Shown piece by piece: positions 1 to 9,615 of a DNA stretch of 64,000 bases. Positions within the stretch are counted from its first letter, which is position 1, and every line of letters begins with the position of its first letter. The stretch spans positions 996,880 through 1,060,879 of the forward strand of contig JALVSY010000007.1 in assembly GCA_027036135.1 (NCBI GenBank), given 5' to 3'. The translations under genes were made by a program, and so were the position numbers. A model generated the notes under the pieces. That model was given only the letters and a program-made list of their open reading frames with translations, had not been told where the DNA came from and made no database searches. The stretch is from Pyrodictiaceae archaeon. Its GTDB lineage: Archaea; Thermoproteota; Thermoprotei_A; Sulfolobales; Pyrodictiaceae.

Positions 1-615
1 GCCTCTTTGTTCTAGATGACTTAGGGCTTCATCGTACATTGACTTATCCATTAGGTGTAGTATGTGGTCTTGCTCTTCGTCTGCTAGGCCAAAGTGCTTA
101 AACATGCTTCTATAAATCCCTATGTTTCCTATTTTAAGGACTATCTTGTCCAGCATTTTTATCTTTTCATAGTAGTTTATGAGAAGGTTTATTGTCTCTA
201 TATCAGCTACTTTCCCCTCGGCGCCAAGTAGTTCTATTCCTGCCTGCCAGAACTCTCTATACCTTGCTCTCTGAGGCTCTTCGTAACGGAAGCAATTCAC
301 TATATAATACAGTCGTAGTGGTTTTGGCTTTGCCCTTAAGTGTTTTAAGTATATGCGTGCTATGCTAGCAGTAGCCTCAGGGCGTAGAGCTACCTCGCGG
401 CCAGCCTTGTCTCTGAAGACGAACATCGACCTTCTGATCTCTTCCCCTGATTTTATCGCGAATAACTCAAATCTTTCAAGTGTTGGCGGTATGACCTCCT
501 CATAGCCATAGCTCTCTACGAGTTCCCTAAATAAGCTCATTAAGTGACGAAGCGTAGTCGAATCTGGTGCCAGTATATCTCTAAAGCCTCTTAGAGGCTC
601 TAGCGGGATTTTCAT
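1..615 (-). CDS. hisS: Histidyl-tRNA synthetase, N-terminal part (runs off the window start)
   Basis: Manual translation from ATG at 615: MKIPLEPLRGFRDILAP...FVFRDKAGREVALRPEATASIAR...FRYEEPQRARYREFWQAGIELLG (HisRS motifs). The start overlaps the stop of the upstream gene (ATGA). Confidence 0.95.
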   Translation of the reverse strand, partial: MKIPLEPLRGFRDILAPDSTTLRHLMSLFRELVESYGYEEVIPPTLERFELFAIKSGEEIRRSMFVFRDKAGREVALRPEATASIARIYLKHLRAKPKPLRLYYIVNCFRYEEPQRARYREFWQAGIELLGAEGKVADIETINLLINYYEKIKMLDKIVLKIGNIGIYRSMFKHFGLADEEQDHILHLMDKSMYDEALSHLEQRG

Positions 616-1160
616 AACTTGTTCTCCGCTTCCGTGAGCCTCGTCTCGCCAGGTCTAAATAGTAACGCTTCATAATAGGTTAAGTCACCGTACCTATCTA
701 CTATTGCTAGTATGGGTTCCCAGCTATTGCTAAATGCCTCTCGTATAAATGAGTAAAGGGTTTCAAGGCTGATGGGCCGGTTCTCTTCTAGTACCAGCAC
801 ATAGTGGGTATATTTTTGCTCCATTTTCCTTCGGCGTAGGAGGAATGTATGTGGACGAGGACCCGGTATGGGGTGGCGTCCCCGCTTTTTTAGGTCAAGA
901 TATGTTTCGAACTCTACCCATGCGTAGGGATTATCGATACTATATAGCCTCATGAGTTCCTCGAAACTGATAGGTTCCCCCTCTCTGTTAAATGCATTAG
1001 CTATCCCACGGTATATGAGGTAAAGTGCTTCTATGACGTGGATCTTGTTATTATTAAGCGGTCCTAGTATTTTAGTAACCTCTTCTACTCCTTGCACTAT
1101 AGTTATACTCCATGGTAGCGACTCGATACGCAATACTACGCTTCTTTGCGTGGCCTCCAA
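612..1160 (-). CDS. endA: tRNA-splicing endonuclease subunit, probably the structural (beta) subunit
   Basis: IEALYL, YLDLKKRG and AIVDRYGDLTYY motifs are present. The catalytic GxKFGxDF/His motif is absent, which fits the crenarchaeal heterotetramer structural subunit. Confidence 0.75.
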   Translation of the reverse strand: MEATQRSVVLRIESLPWSITIVQGVEEVTKILGPLNNNKIHVIEALYLIYRGIANAFNREGEPISFEELMRLYSIDNPYAWVEFETYLDLKKRGRHPIPGPRPHTFLLRRRKMEQKYTHYVLVLEENRPISLETLYSFIREAFSNSWEPILAIVDRYGDLTYYEALLFRPGETRLTEAENKL

Positions 1161-1212
1161 TCAGTAGCCCTCATTAAGCTCTTTTATTCTTCCCTCTTTT
1201 GTTCTTGTCTCC

Positions 1213-2295
1213 TTGGTGGAGTTTTTGTCTGTACTCGAGAAGCTCCGAATAAAGCCTATGGAATGGGTAGAGGATTCTGAAGGCCCTCGTTTTCGATGGC
1301 TAGATACAAGGCTTATTCCTTGGGAAGAAGTCTATAGGGAGACAACAGACTATGAGCGTGTTGCAAGGGCAATAAAAGAGATGGAGATTCGTGGGGCCCC
1401 GGCCATAGGGATAGCAGCAGGCTACGGTATGGCTCTAGCAGCTTACTACTCTAACACAAATGATGTAAACGAACTATTAGCTCATCTCGAGAAGGCCAAG
1501 AAGGTTCTAGCTGCTACTAGGCCAACAGCCTATAACCTCTTCTGGGCTCTTGATAGGGTTATGAAGAAGGCCAAGGATTCTCTAGGTAAAGGTGTTGACG
1601 CTATTATTCGAGCCGTTGTCGAGGAGGCCAAGCGCATCCATGAGGAGGATGTACGCCAGAACATGGAAATGGGTAAGATAGGTTCTAAACTAATAGATGA
1701 TGGCGATGTTGTTCTCACGCATTGTAATACTGGTGCATTGGCTACTGGAGGGTATGGCACTGCTCTAGGCGTTATAAGAGCTGCTGTCGAAGAGGGTAAG
1801 CGTATAAGAGTTATAGCGACTGAAACACGTCCTCTCCTCCAAGGCGCGAGACTAACCATATGGGAACTAGTTAAGGAAGGTATAGATGCAACACTAATAA
1901 CCGATAACATGGTTGGTTATGTTATGTATAAAGGACTTGTCAATAAAGTCTTTGTCGGTGCTGATAGGATAACTCTTGACGGCTATGTAGCTAATAAGAT
2001 AGGAACGTATATGATAGCAACAATGGCGTCAAGGCATCGTATACCATTCTATGTTGTTGCACCTTCATCGACTTTCGATCTAGGCTTAGAGGGCGACGCG
2101 ATTTCAATAGAAGAGCGCTCTCCCGATGAAGTTAGAACAGTGTTAGGTAAGGTACTGATTACTGTTCCAAGTATTAACGTTATTAATCCTGCTTTCGATA
2201 TTACCCCGCCTAATCTAGTGACTGCTCTTGTAACGGAGCGTGGTATTATAACGCCGCCCTATAGAGAAAATATTAAACGAGTATTATCAAGATAG
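1213..2295 (+). CDS. mtnA: Methylthioribose-1-phosphate isomerase (eIF-2B alpha/beta/delta family)
   Basis: IRGAPAIG, RPTAYNL, LTHCNTGALAT, ETRPLLQGARLT, GADRI, NKIGTY, NPAFDITP. Confidence 0.9.
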   Translation: MVEFLSVLEKLRIKPMEWVEDSEGPRFRWLDTRLIPWEEVYRETTDYERVARAIKEMEIRGAPAIGIAAGYGMALAAYYSNTNDVNELLAHLEKAKKVLAATRPTAYNLFWALDRVMKKAKDSLGKGVDAIIRAVVEEAKRIHEEDVRQNMEMGKIGSKLIDDGDVVLTHCNTGALATGGYGTALGVIRAAVEEGKRIRVIATETRPLLQGARLTIWELVKEGIDATLITDNMVGYVMYKGLVNKVFVGADRITLDGYVANKIGTYMIATMASRHRIPFYVVAPSSTFDLGLEGDAISIEERSPDEVRTVLGKVLITVPSINVINPAFDITPPNLVTALVTERGIITPPYRENIKRVLSR

Positions 2296-2312
2296 GCAAT
2301 GTTTTCTCTAAA

Positions 2313-3602
2313 TTAGAATATTTTTGTATATAATATAGTTGTTATGTATAGTATCAATGGGGTAGCGAAATTAGCGGTAAATAATCGTTTAAAGATAGTG
2401 TAACCTATGGTCATGCTTGCTATGCTGCTGCTTAGTGAAACCACTAATGAGGCATAACTGGTTGCGTTCTTGCTCATAGGTATTCCATAGAAAAGACCCA
2501 ATGGAGAAATAGTAGCTCCTAATAATGATGATATGTATCTAAACACTAAGAGAAGCACCATTATGCTTCCAGCTAGTAGGCTTAGCTGCACTATGCCACT
2601 CATTATTATTTTCCTTACAGCCTTGTATATATTATCTATAATGCTATGCATTAATCTTATTGAGAGAACGGCTTCTCTACCACTTCTCATAACTGAGACC
2701 AATGTTTCGGAAACAATAAGCATAAGTTTATCGTTCCTAGCTTCATTACGTGTTAATGGGACGCCCTTAAGTACGGAGATTATTTCTCGTGGAACCCTAG
2801 GATCTCTTGTGAGCATTCTAATTATCCCTGTATTAGCAGTTGATATCGATAGTAGCTCTGTTAATAGTCGCAGTGTGTAAAGTATGTCCTCTATCTTTTT
2901 CATCAATTTTGCTATATTCATATACGACTTTACCACTGCTATAAGTGAGACCGTGAAACCTATTGATGATATGTAGAAATTTTTTAAATAGAGCCCTATA
3001 ATAAGCAATAGTATAGATATAATGTATGAAACTGCTATTACATTACTATTACTATTTTGGAAATATATATCTAAATACTCTATTTTAGTGAATGGGATAA
3101 GAATTATTGATAATAGTGATACCAATATAAGTAATAATGAAAATGAGACAGTATTGCTAAAGCCGGCTAAGAGAACAACAATAGAGAAAAGAGATATCAA
3201 TAGTACAATTAATTCTATCCATTGAACGAGTATAGACATTTTATTTGATATGCGTTGTTTTAATTCCGCAAGGACACGTAGAGCGAACTCATCTAATGTA
3301 CCTAGGTCAATACCTTTTGATAGATATATCATAACGTATTCGTGGATTAGACGTGTAAGAAACGGCTCATTTATTAAGTCAGCTATTTTCCCTAGTACTG
3401 TTATATCATTTATATATATTTTCTCCATTTTCTTATATATTTGAGATACTTTCTTATATTCTCTTAGGTACTCTGATAAGTTATTTATTTTAGATAATAT
3501 TGTATGTGGGCTACGCTTAGCTAGAGCGTAAGGTATCGAGGATAGTATAAGTATTGGTGTTTCTGCAAGTAGTTTTTCTTTGTTAATCTTATTTATTTTC
3601 AT
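2313..3602 (-). CDS. Polytopic membrane platform protein of a type IV pilus system (TadC/ArlJ-like, divergent)
   Basis: Two clusters of TM segments separated by soluble helical regions. Lies directly downstream of, and overlaps, a secretion ATPase gene. Confidence 0.65.
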   Translation of the reverse strand: MKINKINKEKLLAETPILILSSIPYALAKRSPHTILSKINNLSEYLREYKKVSQIYKKMEKIYINDITVLGKIADLINEPFLTRLIHEYVMIYLSKGIDLGTLDEFALRVLAELKQRISNKMSILVQWIELIVLLISLFSIVVLLAGFSNTVSFSLLLILVSLLSIILIPFTKIEYLDIYFQNSNSNVIAVSYIISILLLIIGLYLKNFYISSIGFTVSLIAVVKSYMNIAKLMKKIEDILYTLRLLTELLSISTANTGIIRMLTRDPRVPREIISVLKGVPLTRNEARNDKLMLIVSETLVSVMRSGREAVLSIRLMHSIIDNIYKAVRKIIMSGIVQLSLLAGSIMVLLLVFRYISSLLGATISPLGLFYGIPMSKNATSYASLVVSLSSSIASMTIGYTIFKRLFTANFATPLILYITTILYTKIF

Positions 3603-5139
3603 TATTAATCACCTTAATTTGTTTTTCGTTATAGTATTTTCTTATAGTGTTTATAAACGTTGTATATTGACATTTTATACATTTTTCAATAATATCTTTT
3701 AATTCAATTATATCATGAATTATTTCATTTTTACTAATATATAACATTTTACTAATTGTATCTAATCTATAACTTTTGTTTACTAATTCCTCAACGGAGT
3801 CAGGAAGAAGTTTATCAACCTCCTTATTCCATTCAGCTATCTTTAGCAATTCTATTCTATCGCTAGCAGGTTTAATCTCATAGAGTTCAACCACTCTTCT
3901 CGTATATGTACCATCTTGGTTTTTTACCCGCTTGAGTACAACTATGCTCCATATGAGTTGGAGAAAGCTCTCACCAATATTTATTGGAGCTGCTTTCAAG
4001 CGCTGAATGACTGATAAGGCGCTATCGGCGTGAAATGTTGTTAATGCCCCATGCCCGCTTGCTGCTGCGTGAATCAGTGTTCTTGCTTCCTCGCCCCGAA
4101 CTTCTCCTATTACAAAGTAATCAGGTCTTCGGCGAAGGGCAAACTTTGTGAGATCAAGTAAGTTAATGCTTTCTCCGCTATTAGTTTCAGAGATTATTCT
4201 TGTAACTAGGCTGTCCCAGTTATCGTGGTATCTCAGATTTATTTCCGGCGTATCTTCTATTGTCACTACTCTATCAGTTGGAGGTATTAGCATTAGTAGT
4301 GCTTGGAGCAGAGTCGTTTTTCCCGAAGCCGTTGGTCCTGCTATGATGACGGTTGCCCTTAGTCTTAGCAGCAGCCATAGGTAAGCCATATAAAGGGATG
4401 ATATCAGCTTGTTCCTTACTAAATCGCTAGGTGTAAGGGGTTCCTCTAAATGCTTCCTAATAACTAGTGACGTTCCGAACCTAGTTATTTCGTTTGAAAA
4501 AGTAGCTGCAATACGATTCCCATCTGGTAGTGGCGCCTCAATATAAGGATGAGCTATGCTTAGCTCCTTCCCAGCTATACGGGAAAGCCTAATAACTATA
4601 TCATCAAGATCCTTGTCATCGAGGAACACGTTTGTTTTAATCCAGGTATAGTTATAGAGTCTGTGAAATATGAGTGCATAAGAACCTGGTTTATTAACCA
4701 CTATTTCCTCTATATACTCGTCCCTAGTCAGTGGATAAATTTTGCCATAACCGCTCAAAACTTTGTTTAAGAAATAGACTATCTTAGTCACATTTGATGA
4801 TAATAAGCGATAATCTAATTGATACTTTGAGCTTAGTTCTTTGAGTCTTTTAGGGTTATATATCTCGGATAAGTCTATATTTGTTGAAAAAATGATGTCT
4901 ATGAGTTTGGTTACTTCTTCGATTAATCGTTCATTCTTATCCATTTCGGGCTCGTCGATGCAATATAAGAGTTCGTCTTTATCATTTATTCCAATTGTTA
5001 CCTCAACTAGACCACTTGTTGTGTATTTCTTTAAGATTTTATTTATTTTTTCATTACATTTAGTTGCTTGGAAAACTTTTTGTACGTGTAGTTTTTCATA
5101 CATATTTGTATCCCTTCGCGGATAATGTGCCCTAGTCAT
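3589..5139 (-). CDS. Type II/IV secretion-pilus assembly ATPase (VirB11/TadA/ArlI family)
   Basis: Walker A GPTASGKTT, TIEDTPE, ALRRRPDYFVIGEVRG, His box GHGALTTFHA. Confidence 0.93.
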   Translation of the reverse strand: MTRAHYPRRDTNMYEKLHVQKVFQATKCNEKINKILKKYTTSGLVEVTIGINDKDELLYCIDEPEMDKNERLIEEVTKLIDIIFSTNIDLSEIYNPKRLKELSSKYQLDYRLLSSNVTKIVYFLNKVLSGYGKIYPLTRDEYIEEIVVNKPGSYALIFHRLYNYTWIKTNVFLDDKDLDDIVIRLSRIAGKELSIAHPYIEAPLPDGNRIAATFSNEITRFGTSLVIRKHLEEPLTPSDLVRNKLISSLYMAYLWLLLRLRATVIIAGPTASGKTTLLQALLMLIPPTDRVVTIEDTPEINLRYHDNWDSLVTRIISETNSGESINLLDLTKFALRRRPDYFVIGEVRGEEARTLIHAAASGHGALTTFHADSALSVIQRLKAAPINIGESFLQLIWSIVVLKRVKNQDGTYTRRVVELYEIKPASDRIELLKIAEWNKEVDKLLPDSVEELVNKSYRLDTISKMLYISKNEIIHDIIELKDIIEKCIKCQYTTFINTIRKYYNEKQIKVINNENK

Positions 5140-5534
5140 GCTATCTCTATCGGACTTGTTGAGAATGTCTTCCCCGTAGAGTCTTTGTAGTTAAGTACTA
5201 TGTAGATCGGTGTGCATGTCTCGTTAGTGAGGGGCAAGGATAGTGTCTTTGATTGTCCTACGCCTATAGTTGTTGTAGTGTTTATTGTCAGCTCTGTATT
5301 ATTTTTGCAAATTATGTTAGCAGATTGTATAGTTATGGTTTTTGGCCCTGAGTTATAAATTGTCACAAATATTCTTTTTATAGAGTCCATGTATTGTGCG
5401 TTATTGACGTATACCATGGGTTTTGTGGTCATGCCCTTAACTGTTCCTATGAAGTACTGATAAACTATTATTCCGGCAGCTACGGTAGCCATTATCAATA
5501 TGACTGCTGACAATATGGGAGAGAGGGCTCTCAT
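5136..5534 (-). CDS. Archaeal type IV pilin (class III signal peptide); likely start at 5534 rather than 5639
   Basis: MRA|LSPILSAVILIMATVAAGIIVY prepilin motif, followed by a small beta-rich domain with two Cys and N-x-T sequons. Confidence 0.85.
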   Translation of the reverse strand: MRALSPILSAVILIMATVAAGIIVYQYFIGTVKGMTTKPMVYVNNAQYMDSIKRIFVTIYNSGPKTITIQSANIICKNNTELTINTTTTIGVGQSKTLSLPLTNETCTPIYIVLNYKDSTGKTFSTSPIEIA

Positions 5535-5693
5535 ACTCTTTTCACCGTTATTCTTAGTTTTTATGTTAAGATGTAGAAACATAATTGATAATGATAACAT
5601 ATTTAACCTTAGAAACTGTTTCGGCAGGTTGATATCCATGTATGTTACTAGTTTTAAGGGAATAATTGCTAGAAAGGATGAGCAGGGGGCTGT

Positions 5694-7289
5694 ATGAGCA
5701 AGGTGCAGGAGCCGCTAAGAGAAAAATACCGCAGTATGACGCCATCTCAGTTCTTCTACGAGCATAGAGAGCTTGCAGGCTTTGGCAGTCCTTCTCGTGC
5801 TCTCTACCAAACTATCCGCGAGCTCGTAGAAAACGCGCTTGACGCAACCGATGTCTATGGTATTATGCCCCGCATAGTGATAGTTGTAGAGAAGCTCGAG
5901 GAGCGCCAGGATTTCTATCGCATAACCGTTGAGGATAACGGTATTGGCATTAACCCCAAGTATGTCCCACAAGCTTTTGGCCAGGTTCTCTTCAGCTCTA
6001 AGTATAAACTAAGACAGGCTAGGGGGCGATTCGGTCTAGGCGCAAAAATGGCCATACTCTATGGCCAGATTAAGACGGGAAAACCTGTCGAGGTATATAC
6101 CTCTCCTATAGGATTTACAAAGATATATTATTATAAGCTAAAGATAGATATCGAGCGCAATAAACCGATCATACTAAGTTACGCGGAACACGATAATAAG
6201 ACTCTATGGCATGGAACACGCATAAGTGTTGTCATAGAGGGGGATTGGTCAAGAGCGAGAAGCCGAGTATACGAGTACATAAAACGCACCGCAATAGCTA
6301 CACCATACGCCGATATAGTATTCATAGACCCCGAAGGCAATATGATAACCTATTGGCATAGTATAGAAAAACTACCACGCCCACCAAAAGAGGTAAAACC
6401 CCACCCTCACGGCGTTGATATCGAGCAGTTAAAGAGACTCATACGTGATGTAAAAGCAAAAACACTCATAGAGTTCCTTGTCTCCGCGTTCCAGGGCGTA
6501 GGCAAGAGGTCAGCGGAGGCTTTCCTAAAATGGGCAGGTCTTGACCCAGGTCTGGACCCTCATAGGCTGAATGATTCTCTACTAGGTGAGTTAGCACGCA
6601 AGCTCAGAGAGTACCCGAAGTTCCGGCCGCCATCAGCTGAGTCGCTATCACCTTTTGGGCCGGAGATAATAGAGGCTGGTCTAAGAGCGATACTGCACCC
6701 AGAGTTCGTTGTAGCTGTCTCGCGTAGGCCAAAGGCCTATGAGGGGCATCCATTCATAATTGAGGTCGGGATAGCCTATGGTGGAGAGATTCCTCTTTCC
6801 AATGAACCTATACTGTTAAGATATGCTAATAAGATACCCTTACTCTATGATGAGAAATCCGATGTAGCTTGGAAGGTTATTGATCCTCGAAGCTTTAATT
6901 GGAAAGACTACATGGTGGTTTTTCCAGCACCAGTAGCGGTGCTAACACATATAGCTAGCACAAAGGTACCTTATAAGGGAGTAGGTAAGGAAAGTGTAGC
7001 AGATGTACCCGAGATAGAACATGAGTTGCGTAACGCGCTCCGAGAAGCAGCAAGAAAGCTGCGACTCTACCTCTTACAAAAGAAGAGAGAAGAGGAGGCA
7101 AAGAGAAGAGTTATCACATTCGTAAAATACACGCCAGAGGTAGCTAAGGGGCTAGCAACTATACTCGGTGATATAGACGAGAAAACAGTGCAAGAAATGC
7201 TCCTTAGTGCAATGAAGCGCCGTCTAAGACTCGATGACGAGGAGTTCGCAAAACTAGTACAAGGGCTAGAGATAAGTATAGAAGAGTAA
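5694..7289 (+). CDS. top6B: DNA topoisomerase VI subunit B
   Basis: GHKL motifs ELVENALDA, EDNGIG, RGRFGLG; H2TH and transducer regions. Confidence 0.97.
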   Translation: MSKVQEPLREKYRSMTPSQFFYEHRELAGFGSPSRALYQTIRELVENALDATDVYGIMPRIVIVVEKLEERQDFYRITVEDNGIGINPKYVPQAFGQVLFSSKYKLRQARGRFGLGAKMAILYGQIKTGKPVEVYTSPIGFTKIYYYKLKIDIERNKPIILSYAEHDNKTLWHGTRISVVIEGDWSRARSRVYEYIKRTAIATPYADIVFIDPEGNMITYWHSIEKLPRPPKEVKPHPHGVDIEQLKRLIRDVKAKTLIEFLVSAFQGVGKRSAEAFLKWAGLDPGLDPHRLNDSLLGELARKLREYPKFRPPSAESLSPFGPEIIEAGLRAILHPEFVVAVSRRPKAYEGHPFIIEVGIAYGGEIPLSNEPILLRYANKIPLLYDEKSDVAWKVIDPRSFNWKDYMVVFPAPVAVLTHIASTKVPYKGVGKESVADVPEIEHELRNALREAARKLRLYLLQKKREEEAKRRVITFVKYTPEVAKGLATILGDIDEKTVQEMLLSAMKRRLRLDDEEFAKLVQGLEISIEE

Positions 7290-7304
7290 GAGGGGTGAGC
7301 AGTA

Positions 7305-8471
7305 ATGAGTATCGAGGAATACATCGATAAGGCTGATATAGAGGCGCGCAAAAGAGCACTCCGGGTATTCCGGGAGAGATTTAGAGAAATACTTGAGCAG
7401 ATAAAGAGAGGCGAGAACCCTACAATAATGCTACCTAAGCGCACACTGGCAAACACAATATACGATGAGAAGAGGAAACTTCTCCTACTAGGCCCGGAGA
7501 AGCTTAGCAGAAGCTTCTTCGACCTCCACGAGTCAAAGAAGTTCATGCAAACACTTCTAATGGCGAGAATAATCTATGAAGCACTTGAGAGAAATGAGTA
7601 TCCAACTATCCGTGACCTGTACTACAGAGGAAAACACACGATAGTATATCGGGAACCAGGAGGCCGCAAGCACGAAGAAAACACATGGGATGAACAAAGA
7701 GAATCAGACTCTGTGATAAGAGACATAGAGGTCTTCACCGGGCTACTTCGTGAAGAAATGCTCATACTCAGCAAGGAGAAAGGAAAAGTCGTAGGCAATA
7801 TGAGGATACGAAGCGGAGGAGACGTAATAGACCTAAGCAAGATGGGACATGGAGCCTATGCTATAGAGCCGACTCCTGACCTTATAGAATTCGTCGATGT
7901 AGATGCCGAGTACGTGCTAGTAGTAGAGAAAGACGCAGTATTCCAACAGCTTCACAGAATAGGCTTCTGGAGAAAACACAAGGCAATACTAATAACAAGC
8001 GCTGGGCAGCCAGACAGGGCAACGAGGCGATTCGTTAGAAGACTAAACGAGGAACTTGGATTACCGGTATACATACTGACTGATGCTGATCCTTACGGAT
8101 GGTATATATACAGTGTGTTCAAGATTGGATCAATAACTCTAAGCTATGAAAGCGAGCGCCTAGCAACACCAAATGCAAGGTTCATAGGCGTAAGCATGAC
8201 AGATATATTTGGCTACAAGAGGAAAAAGCCATACTTAACAGAGCAAGAGCGCCGAAACTACATAATCAAAGCAAAGGACGCAGACATAAAGAGAGCCTAC
8301 GAGTTAAGGAACTATAAATGGTTCCAGACAAAGAAGTGGAAGATAGAGATAGACATATTCCTTGAGAGAAAAGCTAAGCTAGAGATAGAAGCCTTAACAA
8401 GCAAAGGCCTAAGATTCCTTGCAGACAAATACCTACCAGAGAAAATTGAAACAGGGGACTGGATAGAATAA
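7305..8471 (+). CDS. top6A: DNA topoisomerase VI subunit A
   Basis: TIRDLYY catalytic Tyr, VEKDAVF, TOPRIM DADPYG. Confidence 0.97.
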   Translation: MSIEEYIDKADIEARKRALRVFRERFREILEQIKRGENPTIMLPKRTLANTIYDEKRKLLLLGPEKLSRSFFDLHESKKFMQTLLMARIIYEALERNEYPTIRDLYYRGKHTIVYREPGGRKHEENTWDEQRESDSVIRDIEVFTGLLREEMLILSKEKGKVVGNMRIRSGGDVIDLSKMGHGAYAIEPTPDLIEFVDVDAEYVLVVEKDAVFQQLHRIGFWRKHKAILITSAGQPDRATRRFVRRLNEELGLPVYILTDADPYGWYIYSVFKIGSITLSYESERLATPNARFIGVSMTDIFGYKRKKPYLTEQERRNYIIKAKDADIKRAYELRNYKWFQTKKWKIEIDIFLERKAKLEIEALTSKGLRFLADKYLPEKIETGDWIE

Positions 8472-8517
8472 AGTTCTAATTACCTACAAGTACTAGTCAC
8501 AGCAACGGACGAGGAAA

Positions 8518-9234
8518 ATGTCTAAACAAGACATTTGCAGAATGAGTGTAAATGAACTAGCCTCTAGGATAGATCACGCTGTTCTACGTCCCTGGAATGG
8601 CAGAAAAGAGCTAGAGACAGCTATAGAGGAACTAGAAAAGCTGGGCCTAAGATGCCTCATCCTATCCCCTATGCTCCTCAATGAAGCAAGAGGATTAACC
8701 AAGAGCTGCTTAGGCGCAGTAGCCGGATTCCCCTATGGATACCATAGCATAGAGGCAAAGATAAAAGAAGTAGAAGACCTAATAGCTATGGGTGCCGACG
8801 AAATAGACTTCGTAGCAAATCTCCAGCTATACCTACTTGGTAAAACAGAGCAATACATTAATGAGATAAAAGCAGTAACAACTATATGCAAAAACGCTAA
8901 CGTAAAATGCAAAATAATCGTGGAGGCCCCCGCACTAAGTCCCGCACAGCTAAGAAAAGTAGTAGAATTAATAGCTACAAAAACTGAGCCGGACTTCATA
9001 AAAACAAGCACAGGTTACGGGCCGAGACACACTATACCAGATGACATAGTAATAATAGATGAGACCCTTAGACAACTAGGACTTCGTAACCGTATAGGCA
9101 TAAAAGCAGCTGGCGGCATAAGGCAGGGACTACAAGCAGCCCTCTATATAGATATAGGGGCAGACATAATCGGGACAAGTACTCCTAGGAAAATCCTAGA
9201 CACATATAAGGAGATATGTCTACAGAAGCATTAA
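8518..9234 (+). CDS. deoC: Deoxyribose-phosphate aldolase
   Basis: IDHAVL, GFPYG, GADEID, FIKTSTG, IKAAGGIR, IGTS. Confidence 0.93.
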   Translation: MSKQDICRMSVNELASRIDHAVLRPWNGRKELETAIEELEKLGLRCLILSPMLLNEARGLTKSCLGAVAGFPYGYHSIEAKIKEVEDLIAMGADEIDFVANLQLYLLGKTEQYINEIKAVTTICKNANVKCKIIVEAPALSPAQLRKVVELIATKTEPDFIKTSTGYGPRHTIPDDIVIIDETLRQLGLRNRIGIKAAGGIRQGLQAALYIDIGADIIGTSTPRKILDTYKEICLQKH

Positions 9235-9260
9235 CCCCGGAACCATGCTCTGCGAGCTAA

Positions 9261-9319
9261 ATGATGAAACGACGGTCTCGAGAGCCTCTTGAAGCGATGA
9301 AGAACATTCTCCTTTCTGA
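9261..9319 (+). ncRNA. C/D box guide sRNA
   Basis: C box ATGATGA 9261-9267, C'-like GCGATGA 9294-9300, D box CTGA 9316-9319. Guide ACGACGGTCT is complementary to conserved 23S AGACCGUCGU. Confidence 0.8.
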
Positions 9320-9359
9320 TAACCAGGCATGGATGGAGAACCTTCCTTATAAGAGGGTA

Positions 9360-9413
9360 TCAGCTGAGACAGGTTTCTTCATAGCTACTTGCTCCGAACC
9401 CCTATATCATCAC
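9360..9413 (-). ncRNA. C/D box guide sRNA
   Basis: Minus strand: GTGATGA-tataggggtt-CGGA...ATGAAGA-aacctgtctcag-CTGA. The D guide is complementary to 23S UGAGACAGGU. Confidence 0.85.
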
Positions 9414-9615
9414 GTCAAAGAAAAATAGTGCATCGGGACTAGTCCTCTAATTTACCTAGGATTTCGTGGAAAGTATTCTCGCCACAGTACTTACAATAGT
9501 GATAAAGACGCTTATCCTTAAGCTTTAGCAAGTCAAAGCTAACCTCTAATTCCCAGGTATTCCCACACTTTGTACAGCGCAACAGCCACTTAGTCATGGG
9601 TCGGCCACCTATCTC

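Noticed and set aside
5535-5639. N-terminal extension of the pilin ORF
   Set aside because: AT-rich divergent promoter region; the class III signal begins at the Met at 5534
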